Below are positions 44,491 through 59,809 of a DNA stretch of 64,000 nucleotides, piece by piece. The notes beneath the pieces were generated by a model, which was not told the DNA's origin, did not search any database, and was given only the letters and a program-made list of their open reading frames with translations. The stretch lies in contig NC_042997.1 of NCBI RefSeq assembly GCF_006345805.1, positions 206,770,001-206,834,000 on the forward strand. The letters run 5' to 3'. Each line of letters opens with the position of its first letter. Position 1 is the stretch's first letter. This DNA comes from Octopus sinensis (Eukaryota). Made by a program: the position numbers and the translations under genes.

Positions 44491-47400
44491 ACAAAGATTT
44501 TACCTTAATCAAAAGATTCTAAACCTTTAAAACTATTTTTGCCTTGGCTTTTTGCTGCCTTCATAAAATTTGTATCATCTTTGATGTTTTTCAATCAATT
44601 GTCTTTTATGTTTAAATATATGAGAGGTTCGTTTTCGATTCCAAAGAGCATCGGTTCCTTTCATCTCGCCATTTAGATGACATGAAACTCAAAAAAACTC
44701 TCACAAAAATTTTACCTTGATCAAAAGATTCTAATCCTTTAAAACTATTTTTGACTTGGCTTTTTGCTGCCTTCGGAAAATTTGTATCATCTTTGATGTT
44801 TTTCAATCAATTATCTTTTATGTTTAAATATATGAGAGGTTCGTTTTCGATTCCAAAGAGCATCGGTTCCTTTAATCTCGCCATTTAGATGACATGAAAC
44901 TCAAAAAAACTCTCACAAAGATTTTACCTTGATCAAAAGATTCTAAACCTTTAAAACTATTTTTGCCTTGGCTTTTTGCTGCCTTCGGAAAATTTGTATC
45001 ATCTTTGATGTTTTTCAATCAATTATCTTTTATGTTTAAATATATGAGAGGTTCGTTTTCGATTCCAAAGAGCATCGGTTCCTTTAATCTCGCCATTTAG
45101 ATGACATGAAACTCAAAAAAACTCTCACAAAGATTTTACCTTGATCAAAAGATTCTAATCCTTTAAAACTATTTTTGACTTGGCTTTTTGTTGCCTTCGG
45201 AAAATTTGTATCATCTTTGATGTTTTTCAATCAATTATCTCATATGTTTAAAAATATGAGAGGTTCGTTTTCGATTCCAAAGAGCATCGGTTCCTTTAAT
45301 CTCGCCATTTAGATGACATGAAACTCAAAAAAACTCTCACAAAGATTTTACCTTGATCAAAAGATTCTAATCCTTTAAAACTATTTTTGACTTGGCTTTT
45401 TGCTGCCTTCGGAAAATTTGTATGATCTTTGATGTTTTTCAATCAATTATCTTTTATGTTTAAATATATGAGAGGTTCGTTTTCGATTCCAAAGAGCATC
45501 GGTTCCTTTAATCTCGCCATTTAGATGACATGAAACTCAAAAAAACTCTCACAAAGATTTTACCTTGATCAAAAGATTCTAATCCTTTAAAACTATTTTT
45601 GACTTGGCTTTTTGCTGCCTTCGGAAAATTTGTATGATCTTTGATGTTTTTCAATCAATTATCTCATATGTTTAAATATATGAGAGGTTCGTTTTCGATT
45701 CCAAAGAGCATCGGTTCCTTTAATCTCGCCATTTAGATGACATGAAACTCAAAAAAACTCTCACAAAGATTTTACCTTGATCAAAAGATTCTAATCCTTT
45801 AAAACTATTTTTGACTTGGCTTTTTGCTGCCTTCGGAAAATTTGTATGATCTTTGATGTTTTTCAATCAATTATCTCATATGTTTAAATATATGAGAGGT
45901 TCGTTTTCGATTCCAAAGAGCATCGGTTCCTTTAATCTCGCCATTTAGATGACATGAAACTCAAAAAAACTCTCACAAAGATTTTACCTTGATCAAAAGA
46001 TTCTAATCCTTTAAAACTATTTTTGACTTGGCTTTTTGCTGCCTTCGGAAAATTTGTATCATCTTTGATGTTTTTCAATCAATTATCTTTTATGTTTAAA
46101 AATATGAGAGGTTCGTTTTCGATTCCAAAGAGCATCGGTTCCTTTAATCTCGCCATTTAGATGACATGAAACTCAAAAAAACTCTCACAAAGATTTTACC
46201 TTGATCAAAAGATTCTAATCCTTTAAAACTATTTTTGACTTGGCTTTTTGTTGCCTTCGGAAAATTTGTATCATCTTTGATGTTTTTCAATCAATTATCT
46301 CATATGTTTAAAATATGAGAGGTTCGTTTTCGATTCCAAAGAGCATCGGTTCCTTTAATCTCGCCATTTAGATGACATGAAACTCAAAAAAACTCTCACA
46401 AAGATTTTACCTTGATCAAAAGATTCTAATCCTTTAAAACTATTTTTGACTTGGCTTTTTGCTGCCTTCGGAAAATTTGTATCATCTTTGATGTTTTTCA
46501 ATCAATTATCTCATATGTTTAAAAATATGAGAGGTTCGTTTTCGATTCCAAAGAGCATCGGTTCCTTTAATCTCGCCATTTAGATGACATGAAACTCAAA
46601 AAAACTCTCACAAAGATTTTTCCTTGATCAAAAGATTCTAATCTTTAAAACTATTTTTGACTTGGCTTTTTGCTGCCTTCGGAAAATTTGTATCATCTTC
46701 GATGTTTTTCAATCAATTATCTTTTATGTTTAAAAATATGAGAGGTTCGTTTTCGATTCCAAAGAGCATCGGTTCCTTTCATCTCGCCATTTAGATGACA
46801 TGAAACTCAAAAAAACTCTCACAAAGATTTTTCCTTGATCAAAAGATTCTAATCTTTAAAACTATTTTTGACTTGGCTTTTTGCTGCCTTCGGAAAATTT
46901 GTATCATCTTTGATGTTTTTCAATCAATTATCTTTTATGTTTAAATATATGAGAGGTTCGTTTTCGATTCCAAAGAGCATCGGTTCCTTTAATCTCGCCA
47001 TTTAGATGACATGAAACTCAAAAAAACTCTCACAAAGATTTTACCTTGATCAAAAGATTCTAATCCTTTAAAACTATTTTTGACTTGGCTTTTTGCTGCC
47101 TTCGGAAAATTTGTATCATCTTTGATGTTTTTCAATCAATTATCTTTTATGTTTAAATATATGAGAGGTTCGTTTTCGATTCCAAAGAGCATCGGTTCCT
47201 TTAATCTCGCCATTTAGATGACATGAAACTCAAAAAAACTCTCACAAAGATTTTACCTTGATCAAAAGATTCTAATCCTTTAAAACTATTTTTGCCTTGG
47301 CTTTTTGCTGCCTTCGGAAAATTTGTATCATCTTTGATGTTTTTCAATCATTATCTTTTATGTTTAAATATATGAGAGGTTCGTTTTCGATTCCAAAGAG

Positions 47401-50400
47401 CATCGGTTCCTTTAATCTCGCCATTTAGATGACATGAAACTCAAAAAAACTCTCACAAAGATTTTACCTTGATCAAAAGATTCTAATCCTTTAAAACTAT
47501 TTTTGACTTGGCTTTTTGCTGCCTTCGGAAAATTTGTATGATCTTTGATGTTTTTCAATCATTATCTTTTATGTTTAAATATATGAGAGGTTCGTTTTCG
47601 ATTCCAAAGAGCATCGGTTCCTTTAATCTCGCCATTTAGATGACATGAAACTCAAAAAAACTCTCACAAAGATTTTACCTTGATCAAAAGATTCTAATCC
47701 TTTAAAACTATTTTTGCCTTGGCTTTTTGCTGCCTTCGGAAAATTTGTATGATCTTTGATGTTTTTCAATCAATTATCTTTTATGTTTAAATATATGAGA
47801 GGTTCGTTTTCGATTCCAAAGAGCATCGGTTCCTTTAATCTCGCCATTTAGATGACATGAAACTCAAAAAAACTCTCACAAAATTTACCTTGATCAAAAG
47901 ATTCTAATCCTTTAAAACTATTTTTGACTTGGCTTTTTGCTGCCTTCGGAAAATTTGTATGATCTTTGATGTTTTTCAATCAATTATCTTTTATGTTTAA
48001 ATATATGAGAGGTTCGTTTTCGATTCCAAAGAGCATCGGTTCCTTTAATCTCGCCATTTAGATGACATGAAACTCAAAAAAACTCTCACAAAGATTTTAC
48101 CTTGATCAAAAGATTCTAATCCTTTAAAACTATTTTTGACTTGGCTTTTTGTTGCCTTCGGAAAATTTGTATCATCTTTGATGTTTTTCAATCAATTATC
48201 TCATATGTTTAAAAATATGAGAGGTTCGTTTTCGATTCCAAAGAGCATCGGTTCCTTTAATCTCGCCATTTAGATGACATGAAACTCAAAAAAACTCTCA
48301 CAAAGATTTTACCTTGATCAAAAGATTCTAATCCTTTAAAACTATTTTTGACTTGGCTTTTTGCTGCCTTCGGAAAATTTGTATCATCTTTGATGTTTTT
48401 CAATCCATTATCTTTTATGTTTAAAAATATGAGAGGTTCGTTTTCGATTCCAAAGAGCATCGGTTCCTTTAATCTCGCCATTTAGATGACATGAAACTCA
48501 AAAAAACTCTCAGAAAAATTTTACCTTGATCAAAAGATTCTAATCCCTTAAAACTATTTTTGACTTGGCTTTTTGCTGCCTTCGTAAAATTTGTATGATC
48601 TTTGATGTTTTTCAATCAATTATCTTTTATGTTTAAAAATATGAGAGGTTCGTTTTCGATTCCAAAGAGCATCGGTTTCTTTAATCTCGCCATTTAGATG
48701 ACATGAAACTCAAAAAAACTCTCACAAAGATTTTACCTTGATCAAAAGATTGTAATCCTTTAAAAGTATTTTTGACTTGGCTTTTTGTTGCCTTCGGAAA
48801 ATTTGTATCATCTTTGATGTTTTTCAATCAATTATCTTATGTTTAAAATATGAGAGGTTCGTTTTCGATTCCAAAGAGCATCGGTTCCTTTAATCTCGCC
48901 ATTTAGATGACATGAAACTCAAAAAAACTCTCACAAAGATTTTACCTTGATCAAAAGATTCTAATCCTTTAAAACTATTTTTGACTTGGCTTTTTGCTGC
49001 CTTCGGAAAATTTGTATCATCTTTGATGTTTTTCAATCAATTATCTCATATGTTTAAAATATGAGAGGTTCGTTTTCGATTCCAAAGAGCATCGGTTCCT
49101 TTAATCTCGCCATTTAGATGACATGAAACTCAAAAAAACTCTCACAAAGATTTTACCTTGATCAAAAGATTCTAATCCTTTAAAACTATTTTTGACTTGG
49201 CTTTTTGCTGCCTTCGGAAAATTTGTATCATCTTTGATGTTTTTCAATCAATTATCTTTTATGTTTAAATATATGAGAGGTTCGTTTTCGATTCCAAAGA
49301 GCATCGGTTCCTTTAATCTCGCCATTTAGATGACATGAAACTCAAAAAAACTCTCACAAAGATTTTACCTTGATCAAAAGATTCTAATCCTTTAAAACTA
49401 TTTTTGCCTTGGCTTTTTGCTGCCTTCGGAAAATTTGTATCATCTTTGATGTTTTTCAATCAATTATCTTTTATGTTTAAATATATGAGAGGTTCGTTTT
49501 CGATTCCAAAGAGCATCGGTTCCTTTAATCTCGCCATTTAGATGACATGAAACTCAAAAAAACTCTCACAAAATTTTACCTTGATCAAAAGATTCTAATC
49601 CTTTAAAACTATTTTTGACTTGGCTTTTTGCTGCCTTCGGAAAATTTGTATCATCTTTGATGTTTTTCAATCAATTATCTTTTATGTTTAAATATATGAG
49701 AGGTTCGTTTTCGATTCCAAAGAGCATCGGTTCCTTTAATCTCGCCATTTAGATGACATGAAACTCAAAAAAACTCTCACAAAGATTTTACCTTGATCAA
49801 AAGATTCTAATCCTTTAAAACTATTTTTGACTTGGCTTTTTGCTGCCTTCGGAAAATTTGTATCATCTTTGATGTTTTTCAATCAATTATCTTTTATGTT
49901 TAAATATATGAGAGGTTCGTTTTCGATTCCAAAGAGCATCGGTTCCTTTAATCTCGCCATTTAGATGACATGAAACTCAAAAAAACTCTCACAAAGATTT
50001 TACCTTGATCAAAAGATTCTAATCCTTTAAAACTATTTTTGACTTGGCTTTTTGCTGCCTTCGGAAAATTTGTATCATCTTTGATGTTTTTCAATCAATT
50101 ATCTTTTATGTTTAAATATATGAGAGGTTCGTTTTCGATTCCAAAGAGCATCGGTTCCTTTAATCTCGCCATTTAGATGACATGAAACTCAAAAAAACTC
50201 TCACAAAGATTTTACCTTGATCAAAAGATTCTAATCCTTTAAAACTATTTTTGACTTGGCTTTTTGCTGCCTTCGGAAAATTTGTATGATCTTTGATGTT
50301 TTTCAATCAATTATCTTTTATGTTTAAATATATGAGAGGTTCGTTTTCGATTCCAAAGAGCATCGGTTCCTTTAATCTCGCCATTTAGATGACATGAAAC

Positions 50401-53400
50401 TCAAAAAAACTCTCACAAAGATTTTACCTTGATCAAAAGATTCTAATCCTTTAAAACTATTTTTGACTTGGCTTTTTGCTGCCTTCGGAAAATTTGTATG
50501 ATCTTTGATGTTTTTCAATCAATTATCTTTTATGTTTAAATATATGAGAGGTTCGTTTTCGATTCCAAAGAGCATCGGTTCCTTTAATCTCGCCATTTAG
50601 ATGACATGAAACTCAAAAAAACTCTCACAAAGATTTTACCTTGATCAAAAGATTCTAATCCTTTAAAACTATTTTTGACTTGGCTTTTTGCTGCCTTCGG
50701 AAAATTTGTATGATCTTTGATGTTTTTCAATCAATTATCTTTTATGTTTAAATATATGAGAGGTTCGTTTTCGATTCCAAAGAGCATCGGTTCCTTTAAT
50801 CTCGCCATTTAGATGACATGAAACTCAAAAAAACTCTCACAAAGATTTTACCTTGATCAAAAGATTCTAATCCTTTAAAACTATTTTTGACTTGGCTTTT
50901 TGCTGCCTTCGGAAAATTTGTATGATCTTTGATGTTTTTCAATCAATTATCTTTTATGTTTAAAAATATGAGAGGTTCGTTTTCGATTCCAAAGAGCATC
51001 GGTTCCTTTAATCTCGCCATTTAGATGACATGAAACTCAAAAAAACTCTCACAAAGATTTTACCTTGATCAAAAGATTCTAATCCTTTAAAACTATTTTT
51101 GACTTGGCTTTTTGCTGCCTTCGGAAAATTTGTATGATCTTTGATGTTTTTCAATCAATTATCTTATGTTTAAAATATGAGAGGTTCGTTTTCGATTCCA
51201 AAGAGCATCGGTTCCTTTAATCTCGCCATTTAGATGACATGAAACTCAAAAAAACTCTCACAAAGATTTTACCTTGATCAAAAGATTCTAATCCTTTAAA
51301 ACTATTTTTGACTTGGCTTTTTGCTGCCTTCGGAAAATTTGTATCATCTTTGATGTTTTTCAATCAATTATCTCATATGTTTAAAATATGAGAGGTTCGT
51401 TTTCGATTCCAAAGAGCATCGGTTCCTTTAATCTCGCCATTTAGATGACATGAAACTCAAAAAAACTCTCACAAAGATTTTACCTTGATCAAAAGATTCT
51501 AATCCTTTAAAACTATTTTTGACTTGGCTTTTTGCTGCCTTCGGAAAATTTGTATCATCTTTGATGTTTTTCAATCAATTATCTCATATGTTTAAAAATA
51601 TGAGAGGTTCGTTTTCGATTCCAAAGAGCATCGGTTCCTTTAATCTCGCCATTTAGATGACATGAAACTCAAAAAAACTCTCACAAAGATTTTACCTTGA
51701 TCAAAAGATTCTAATCCTTTAAAACTATTTTTGACTTGGCTTTTTGCTGCCTTCGGAAAATTTGTATGATCTTTGATGTTTTTCAATCAATTATCTTATG
51801 TTTAAAAATATGAGAGGTTCGTTTTCGATTCCAAAGAGCATCGGTTCCTTTAATCTCGCCATTTAGATGACATGAAACTCAAAAAAACTCTCACAAAGAT
51901 TTTACCTTGATCAAAAGATTCTAATCCTTTAAAATTATTTTTGACTTGGCTTTTTGCTGCCTTCGGAAAATTTGTATGATCTTTGATGTTTTTCAATCAA
52001 TTATCTCATATGTTTAAATATATGAGAGGTTCGTTTTCGATTCCAAAGAGCATCGGTTCCTTTAATCTCGCCATTTAGATGACATGAAACTCAAAAAAAC
52101 TCTCACAAAGATTTTACCTTGATCAAAAGATTCTAATCCTTTAAAACTATTTTTGACTTGGCTTTTTGCTGCCTTCGGAAAATTTGTATGATCTTTGATG
52201 TTTTTCAATCAATTATCTTTTATGTTTAAATATATGAGAGGTTCGTTTTCGATTCCAAAGAGCATCGGTTCCTTTAATCTCGCCATTTAGATGACATGAA
52301 ACTCAAAAAAACTCTCACAAAGATTTTACCTTGATCAAAAGATTCTAATCCTTTAAAACTATTTTTGACTTGGCTTTTTGCTGCCTTCGGAAAATTTGTA
52401 TGATCTTTGATGTTTTTCAATCAATTATCTTTTATGTTTAAAATATGAGAGGTTCGTTTTCGATTCCAAAGAGCATCGGTTCCTTTAATCTCGCCATTTA
52501 GATGACATGAAACTCAAAAAAACTCTCACAAAGATTTTACCTTGATCAAAAGATTCTAATCCTTTAAAACTATTTTTGACTTGGCTTTTTGCTGCCTTCG
52601 GAAAATTTGTATGATCTTTGATGTTTTTCAATCAATTATCTTTATGTTTAAATATATGAGAGGTTCGTTTTCGATTCCAAAGAGCATCGGTTCCTTTAAT
52701 CTCGCCATTTAGATGACATGAAACTCAAAAAAACTCTCACAAAGATTTTACCTTGATCAAAAGATTCTAATCCTTTAAAACTATTTTTGACTTGGCTTTT
52801 TGCTGCCTTCGGAAAATTTGTATGATCTTTGATGTTTTTCAATCAATTATCTTTTATGTTTAAATATATGAGAGGTTCGTTTTCGATTCCAAAGAGCATC
52901 GGTTCCTTTAATCTCGCCATTTAGATGACATGAAACTCAAAAAAACTCTCACAAAGATTTTACCTTGATCAAAAGATTCTAATCCTTTAAAACTATTTTT
53001 GCCTTGGCTTTTTGCTGCCTTCGGAAAATTTGTATGATCTTTGATGTTTTTCAATCAATTATCTTTTATGTTTAAATATATGAGAGGTTCGTTTTCGATT
53101 CCAAAGAGCATCGGTTCCTTTAATCTCGCCATTTAGATGACATGAAACTCAAAAAAACTCTCACAAAGATTTTACCTTGATCAAAAGATTCTAATCCTTT
53201 AAAACTATTTTTGCCTTGGCTTTTTGCTGCCTTCGGAAAATTTGTATGATCTTTGATGTTTTTCAATCAATTATCTTTTATGTTTAAATATATGAGAGGT
53301 TCGTTTTCGATTCCAAAGAGCATCGGTTCCTTTAATCTCGCCATTTAGATGACATGAAACTCAAAAAAACTCTCAAAGATTTTACCTTGATCAAAAGATT

Positions 53401-56400
53401 CTAAACCTTTAAAACTATTTTTCACTTGGCTTTTTGCTGCCTTCGGAAAATTTGTATGATCTTCGATGTTTTTCAATCAACTATCTTTTATGTTTAAATA
53501 TATGAGAGGTTCGTCTTCGATTCCAAAGAGCATCGGTTCCTTTAATCTCGCCATTTAGATGACATGAAACTCAAAAAAACTCCCAAAGACTTTACCTTGA
53601 TCAAAAGATTCTAATCCTTTAAAACTATTTTTGCGTTGGCTTTTTGCTGCCTTCGGAATATTTGTATCATCTTTGATGTTTTTCAATCAATTATCTTTTA
53701 TGTTTAAATATATGAGAGGTTCGTTTTCGATTCCAAAGAGCATCGGTTCCTTTCATCTCGCCATTTAGATGACATGAAACTCAAAAAAACTCTCACAAAA
53801 ATTTTACCTTGATCAAAAGATTCTAATCCTTTAAAACTATTTTTGACTTGGCTTTTTGCTGCCTTCGGAAAATTTGTATGATCTTTGATGTTTTTCAATC
53901 AATTATCTTTATGTTTAAAAATATGAGAGGTTCGTTTTCGATTCCAAAGAGCATCGGTTCCTTTAATCTCGCCATTTAGATGACATGAAACTCAAAAAAA
54001 CTCTCACAAAGATTTTACCTTGATCAAAAGATTCTAATCCTTTAAAACTATTTTTGACTTGGCTTTTTGCTGCCTTCGGAAAATTTGTATGATCTTTGAT
54101 GTTTTTCAATCAATTATCTTTTATGTTTAAATATATGAGAGGTTCGTTTTCGATTCCAAAGAGCATCGGTTCCTTTAATCTCGCCATTTAGATGACATGA
54201 AACTCAAAAAAACTCTCACAAAGATTTTACCTTGATCAAAAGATTCTAATCCTTTAAAACTATTTTTGACTTGGCTTTTTGCTGCCTTCGGAAAATTTGT
54301 ATCATCTTTGATGTTTTTCAATCAATTATCTTTATGTTTAAAATATGAGAGGTTCGTTTTCGATTCCAAAGAGCATCGGTTCCTTTAATCTCGCCATTTA
54401 GATGACATGAAACTCAAAAAAACTCTCACAAAGATTTTACCTTGATCAAAAGATTCTAATCCTTTAAAACTATTTTTGCCTTGGCTTTTTGCTGCCTTCG
54501 GAAAATTTGTATCATCTTTGATGTTTTTCAATCAATTATCTTTTATGTTTAAAAATATGAGAGGTTCGTTTTCGATTCCAAAGAGCATCGGTTCCTTTAA
54601 TCTCGCCATTTAGATGACATGAAACTCAAAAAAACTCTCACAAAGATTTTACCTTGATCAAAAGATTCTAATCCTTTAAAACTATTTTTGCCTTGGCTTT
54701 TTGCTGCCTTCGGAAAATTTGTATGATCTTTGATGTTTTTCAATCAATTATCTTTTATGTTTAAATATATGAGAGGTTCGTTTTCGATTCCAAAGAGCAT
54801 CGGTTCCTTTAATCTCGCCATTTAGATGACATGAAACTCAAAAAAACTCTCACAAAGATTTTACCTTGATCAAAAGATTCTAATCCTTTAAAACTATTTT
54901 TGCCTTGGCTTTTTGCTGCCTTCGGAAAATTTGTATGATCTTTGATGTTTTTCAATCAATTATCTTATATGTTTAAAAATATGAGAGGTTCGTTTTCGAT
55001 TCCAAAGAGCATCGGTTCCTTTAATCTCGCCATTTAGATGACATGAAACTCAAAAAAACTCTCACAAAATTTTTCCTTGATCAAAAGATTCTAATCCTTT
55101 AAAACTATTTTTGCCTTGGCTTTTTGCTGCCTTCATACAATTTGTATGATCTTTGATGTTTTTCAATCAATTATCTTTTATGTTTAAATATATGAGAGGT
55201 TCGTTTTCGATTCAAAGAGCATCGGTTCCTTTAATCTCGCCATTTAGATGACATGAAACTCAAAAAAACTCTCACAAAGATTTTACCTTGATCAAAAGAT
55301 TCTAATCCTTTAAAACTATTTTTGACTTGGCTTTTTGCTGCCTTCGGAAAATTTGTATCATCTTTGATGTTTTTCAATCAATTATCTTATGTTTAAAATA
55401 TGAGAGGTTCGTTTTCGATTCCAAAGAGCATCGGTTCCTTTAATCTCGCCATTTAGATGACATGAAACTCAAAAAACTCTCACAAAGATTTTACCTTGAT
55501 CAAAAGATTCTAATCCTTTAAAACTATTTTTGACTTGGCTTTTTGCTGCCTTCGGAAAATTTGTATGATCTTTGATGTTTTTCAATCAATTATCTCATAT
55601 GTTTAAAAATATGAGAGGTTCGTTTTCGATTCCAAAGAGCATCGGTTCCTTTAATCTCGCCATTTAGATGACATGAAACTCAAAAAAACTCTCACAAAGA
55701 TTTTACCTTGATCAAAAGATTCTAATCCTTTAAAACTATTTTTGACTTGGCTTTTTGCTGCCTTCGGAAAATTTGTATCATCTTTGATGTTTTTCAATCA
55801 ATTATCTTTTATGTTTAAATATATGAGAGGTTCGTTTTCGATTCCAAAGAGCATCGGTTCCTTTAATCTCGCCATTTAGATGACATGAAACTCAAAAAAA
55901 CTCTCACAAAGATTTTACCTTGATCAAAAGATTCTAATCCTTTAAAACTATTTTTGACTTGGCTTTTTGCTGCCTTCGGAAAATTTGTATGATCTTTGAT
56001 GTTTTTCAATCAATTATCTCATATGTTTAAAAATATGAGAGGTTCGTTTTCGATTCCAAAGAGCATCGGTTCCTTTAATCTCGCCATTTAGATGACATGA
56101 AACTCAAAAAACTCTCACAAAGATTTTACCTTGATCAAAAGATTCTAATCCTTTAAAACTATTTTTGACTTGGCTTTTTGCTGCCTTCGGAAAATTTGTA
56201 TGATCTTTGATGTTTTTCAATCAATTATCTTTATGTTTAAATATATGAGAGGTTCGTTTTCGATTCCAAAGAGCATCGGTTCCTTTAATCTCGCCATTTA
56301 GATGACATGAAACTCAAAAAAAACTCTCGCAAAGATTTTACCTTGATCAAAAGATTCAAATCCTTTAAAACTATTTTTGACTTGGCATTTTGCTGCCTTT

Positions 56401-58586
56401 GGAAAATTTGTATGATCTTTGATGTTTTTCAATCAATTATCTCATATGTTTAAAAATATGAGAGGTTCGTTTTCGATTCCAAAGAGCATCGGTTCCTTTA
56501 ATCTCGCCATTTAGATGACATGAAACTCAAAAAAACTCTCACAAAGATTTTACCTTGATCAAAAGATTCTAATCCTTTAAAACTATTTTTGACTTGGCTT
56601 TTTGCTGCCTTCGGAAAATTTGTATGATCTTTGATGTTTTTCAATCAATTATCTCATATGTTTAAAATATGAGAGGTTCGTTTTCGATTCCAAAGAGCAT
56701 CGGTTCCTTTAATCTCGCCATTTAGATGACATGAAACTCAAAAAAACTCTCACAAAGATTTTACCTTGATCAAAAGATTCTAATCCTTTAAAACTATTTT
56801 TGACTTGGCTTTTTGCTGCCTTCGGAAAATTTGTATCATCTTTGATGTTTTTCAATCAATTATCTTATGTTTAAATATGAGAGGTTCGTTTTCGATTCCA
56901 AAGAGCATCGGTTCCTTTAATCTCGCCATTTAGATGACATGAAACTCAAAAAAACTCTCACAAAGATTTTACCTTGATCAAAAGATTCTAATCCTTTAAA
57001 CTATTTTTGACTTGGCTTTTGCTGCCTTCGGAAAAATTGTATGATCTTTGATGTTTTTCAATCAATTATCTCATATGTTTAAAATATGAGAGGTTCGTTT
57101 TCGATTCCAAAGAGCATCGGTTCCTTTAATCTCGCCATTTAGATGACATGAAACTCAAAAAAACTCTCACAAAGATTTTACCTTGATCAAAAGATTCTAA
57201 TCCTTTAAAACTATTTTGACTTGGCTTTTGCTGCCTTCGGAAAATTTGTATGATCTTTGATGTTTTTCAATCAATTATCTTTTATGTTTAAATATATGAG
57301 AGGTTCGTTTTCGATTCCAAAGAGCATCGGTTCCTTTAATCTCGCCATTTAGATGACATGAAACTCAAAAAAAACTCTCAAAATTTTACCTTGATCAAAA
57401 GATTCTAATCCTTTAAAACTATTTTTGACTTGGCTTTTGCTGCCTTCGGAAATTTGTATGATCTTTGATGTTTTTCAATCAATTATCTTTTATGTTTAAA
57501 ATATGAGAGGTTCGTTTTCGATTCCAAAGAGCATCGGTTCCTTTAATCTCGCCATTTAGATGACATGAAACTCAAAAAAAACTCTCACAAAGATTTTACC
57601 TTGATCAAAAGATTCTAATCCTTTAAAACTATTTTTGCTTGGCTTTTTGCTGCCTTCGGAAATTTGTATGATCTTTGATGTTTTTCAATCAATTATCTTT
57701 ATGTTTAAAAATATGAGAGGTTCGTTTTCGATTCCAAAGAGCATCGGTTCCTTTAATCTCGCCATTTAGATGACATGAAACTCAAAAAAACTCTCACAAA
57801 GATTTTACCTTGATCAAAAGATTCTAATCCTTTAAAACTATTTTTGACTTGGCTTTTGCTGCCTTCGGAAAATTTGTATGATCTTTGATGTTTTTCAATC
57901 ATTATCTTTTATGTTTAAATATATGAGAGGTTCGTTTTCGATTCCAAAGAGCATCGGTTCCTTTAATCTCGCCATTTAGATGACATGAAACTCAAAAAAC
58001 TCTCACAAAGATTTACCTTGATCAAAAGATTCTAATCCTTTAAAACTATTTTTGACTTGGCTTTTTGGCCTTCGGAAAATTTGTATCATCTTTGATGTTT
58101 TTCAATCAATTATCTTTATGTTTAAAAATATGAGAGGTTCGTTTTCGATTCCAAAGAGCATCGGTTCCTTTAATCTCGCCATTTAGATGACATGAAACTC
58201 AAAAAAACTCTCACAAAGATTTACCTTGATCAAAAGATTCTAATCCTAAAACTATTTTTGACTTGGCTTTTTGCTGCCTTCGGAAAATTTGTATGATCTT
58301 TGATGTTTTTCAATCAATTATCTTTTATGTTAAATATATGAGAGGTTCGTTTTCGATTCCAAAGAGCATCGGTTCCTTTAATCTCGCCATTTAGATGACA
58401 TGAAACTCAAAAAAACTCTCACAAAGATTTTACCTTGATCAAAGATTCTAATCTTTTAAAAATATTTTTGACTTGGCTTTTTGCTGCCTTCGGAAAATTT
58501 GTATGATCTTTGATGTTTTTCAATCAATATCTCATATGTTTAAAATATGAGAGGTTCGTTTTCGATTCCAAAGAGCATCGGTTCCT
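44491..58586. repeat. Satellite array, 212 bp AT-rich monomer, about 67 head-to-tail copies
   Basis: gagaggttcgttttcgattccaaagagcatcgg recurs at 44622, 44834, 45046 and so on to 58549. Copies are highly similar, with no spacers. Confidence 0.98.
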
Positions 58587-58639
58587 CATTCCAATCATTC
58601 ACCTCATATTATTCAGCCAAATCCTAAATACCAATTTTT

Positions 58640-59480
58640 GAGGATAAAACAGATTTGTACTGACAGAGAGGATTACTAGAAACGTGCAAATGCTTTTGGG
58701 CACCATAATGTCAAACGCAGTTACAGTGAATCATGATTAAAGGAAATAGCAAATGACATAGCTAAGATTAGCCAAGACAGTAAAACCAAATTCACACATA
58801 ACTTTAGCAAACACAATACAATGTGTGACAAAAATCCTTTAATGATTAACTGGAACTGAAATTTCACTGGCATTTCAAAAGTGTTGAATGAAAGTTACCA
58901 GCTTGTTGCAGTAAAATATCCTTGTTTCAAAACAAATATTTCCTCAGTTGCCCATTGTAGCTGTTAGACAGAATAAAAATATAAGAGAATTATTAACCTC
59001 TACTTCTGACTCCAAAGAAACTAACATTGGGGTACCTGCATGCTGTACCCTGAAAAACAGCCGCAAAAGAGGTAAGCCCTGTTCATTGTACAACAACATG
59101 AATCAAGTGAATTCCATCAGGTATCATATCAGAAATGTTATGATTTATACAGAAGGTGGGACATGTAGAGATTCCCATTCCGTGTATGCAGCAGAATGCA
59201 CGAAACACAACTTGGTTTATGTTGGTTGCACAAAAGAACAATTAAACAAAAGATTTAATGGGCACAAGAAGAGTTGTTCGACAGAACTTGTCGAACATCT
59301 TACATTATACGGCTGCAATTTTGAAAGAAATTGAAAGTGCATATTCTCAGAAAATATTCTAAATCTGTTACACTTTTAATACTCAAAATGCATGAGGAGA
59401 AATAAGTTTGTGGGTTATTAACATCACTCCCTGGAGGAATGAATAAAATGACGGGAGAATTTCATATTTACACAAAACTA
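58640..59480 (+). mobile_element. Degenerate PLE 3' fragment (linker plus GIY-YIG)
   Basis: PIVAVRQNKNIRELL..CC..KPC..C..HSVYAAECTKHNLVYVGCTKEQLNKRFNGHK, a GIY-YIG-type VY..C..YVG.T..L..R..H pattern. Confidence 0.75.
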
Positions 59481-59809
59481 TTTGATTAAATATTCTTCTT
59501 TGTTTTCCTTACCTTTTGCTTTCTTTCTCTTTCTTTCGGTCTTTTTCTTTTTGCCGCTTGTAAACTTGAAAATTAAAGACTGGTGATGTCATTCTATCAA
59601 CATGAGAATGCTGGTTGCCTCGTTCAAATTTTGGATTTGAATTTCTATGTATCACTTTACATTTTGAACTCAACAAAGAGAAGCAAGCTGTCAAAATATC
59701 GTGCAAACCAATGAAACATCTATTGCAATCACATCATGCTCTTTGTCTTGTCTGTTTACCTTTGTGAAGACTTACATCAATCCTTTTAAAATATTAAAAT
59801 AACCCATTC

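Noticed and set aside
44491-58586. CRISPR array, coding repeat (ORFs 44612, 48257, 53704) or CENP-B box satellite
   Set aside because: There are no unique spacers. The short ORFs appear only in monomers with particular variants and resemble no domain I know. The ttcg-containing motifs do not fit NTTCGNNNNANNCGGG.
59560-59720. Hammerhead at the 3' end of the plus-strand PLE fragment
   Set aside because: No CUGANGA core with a matching GAAA and closing stems could be assembled.
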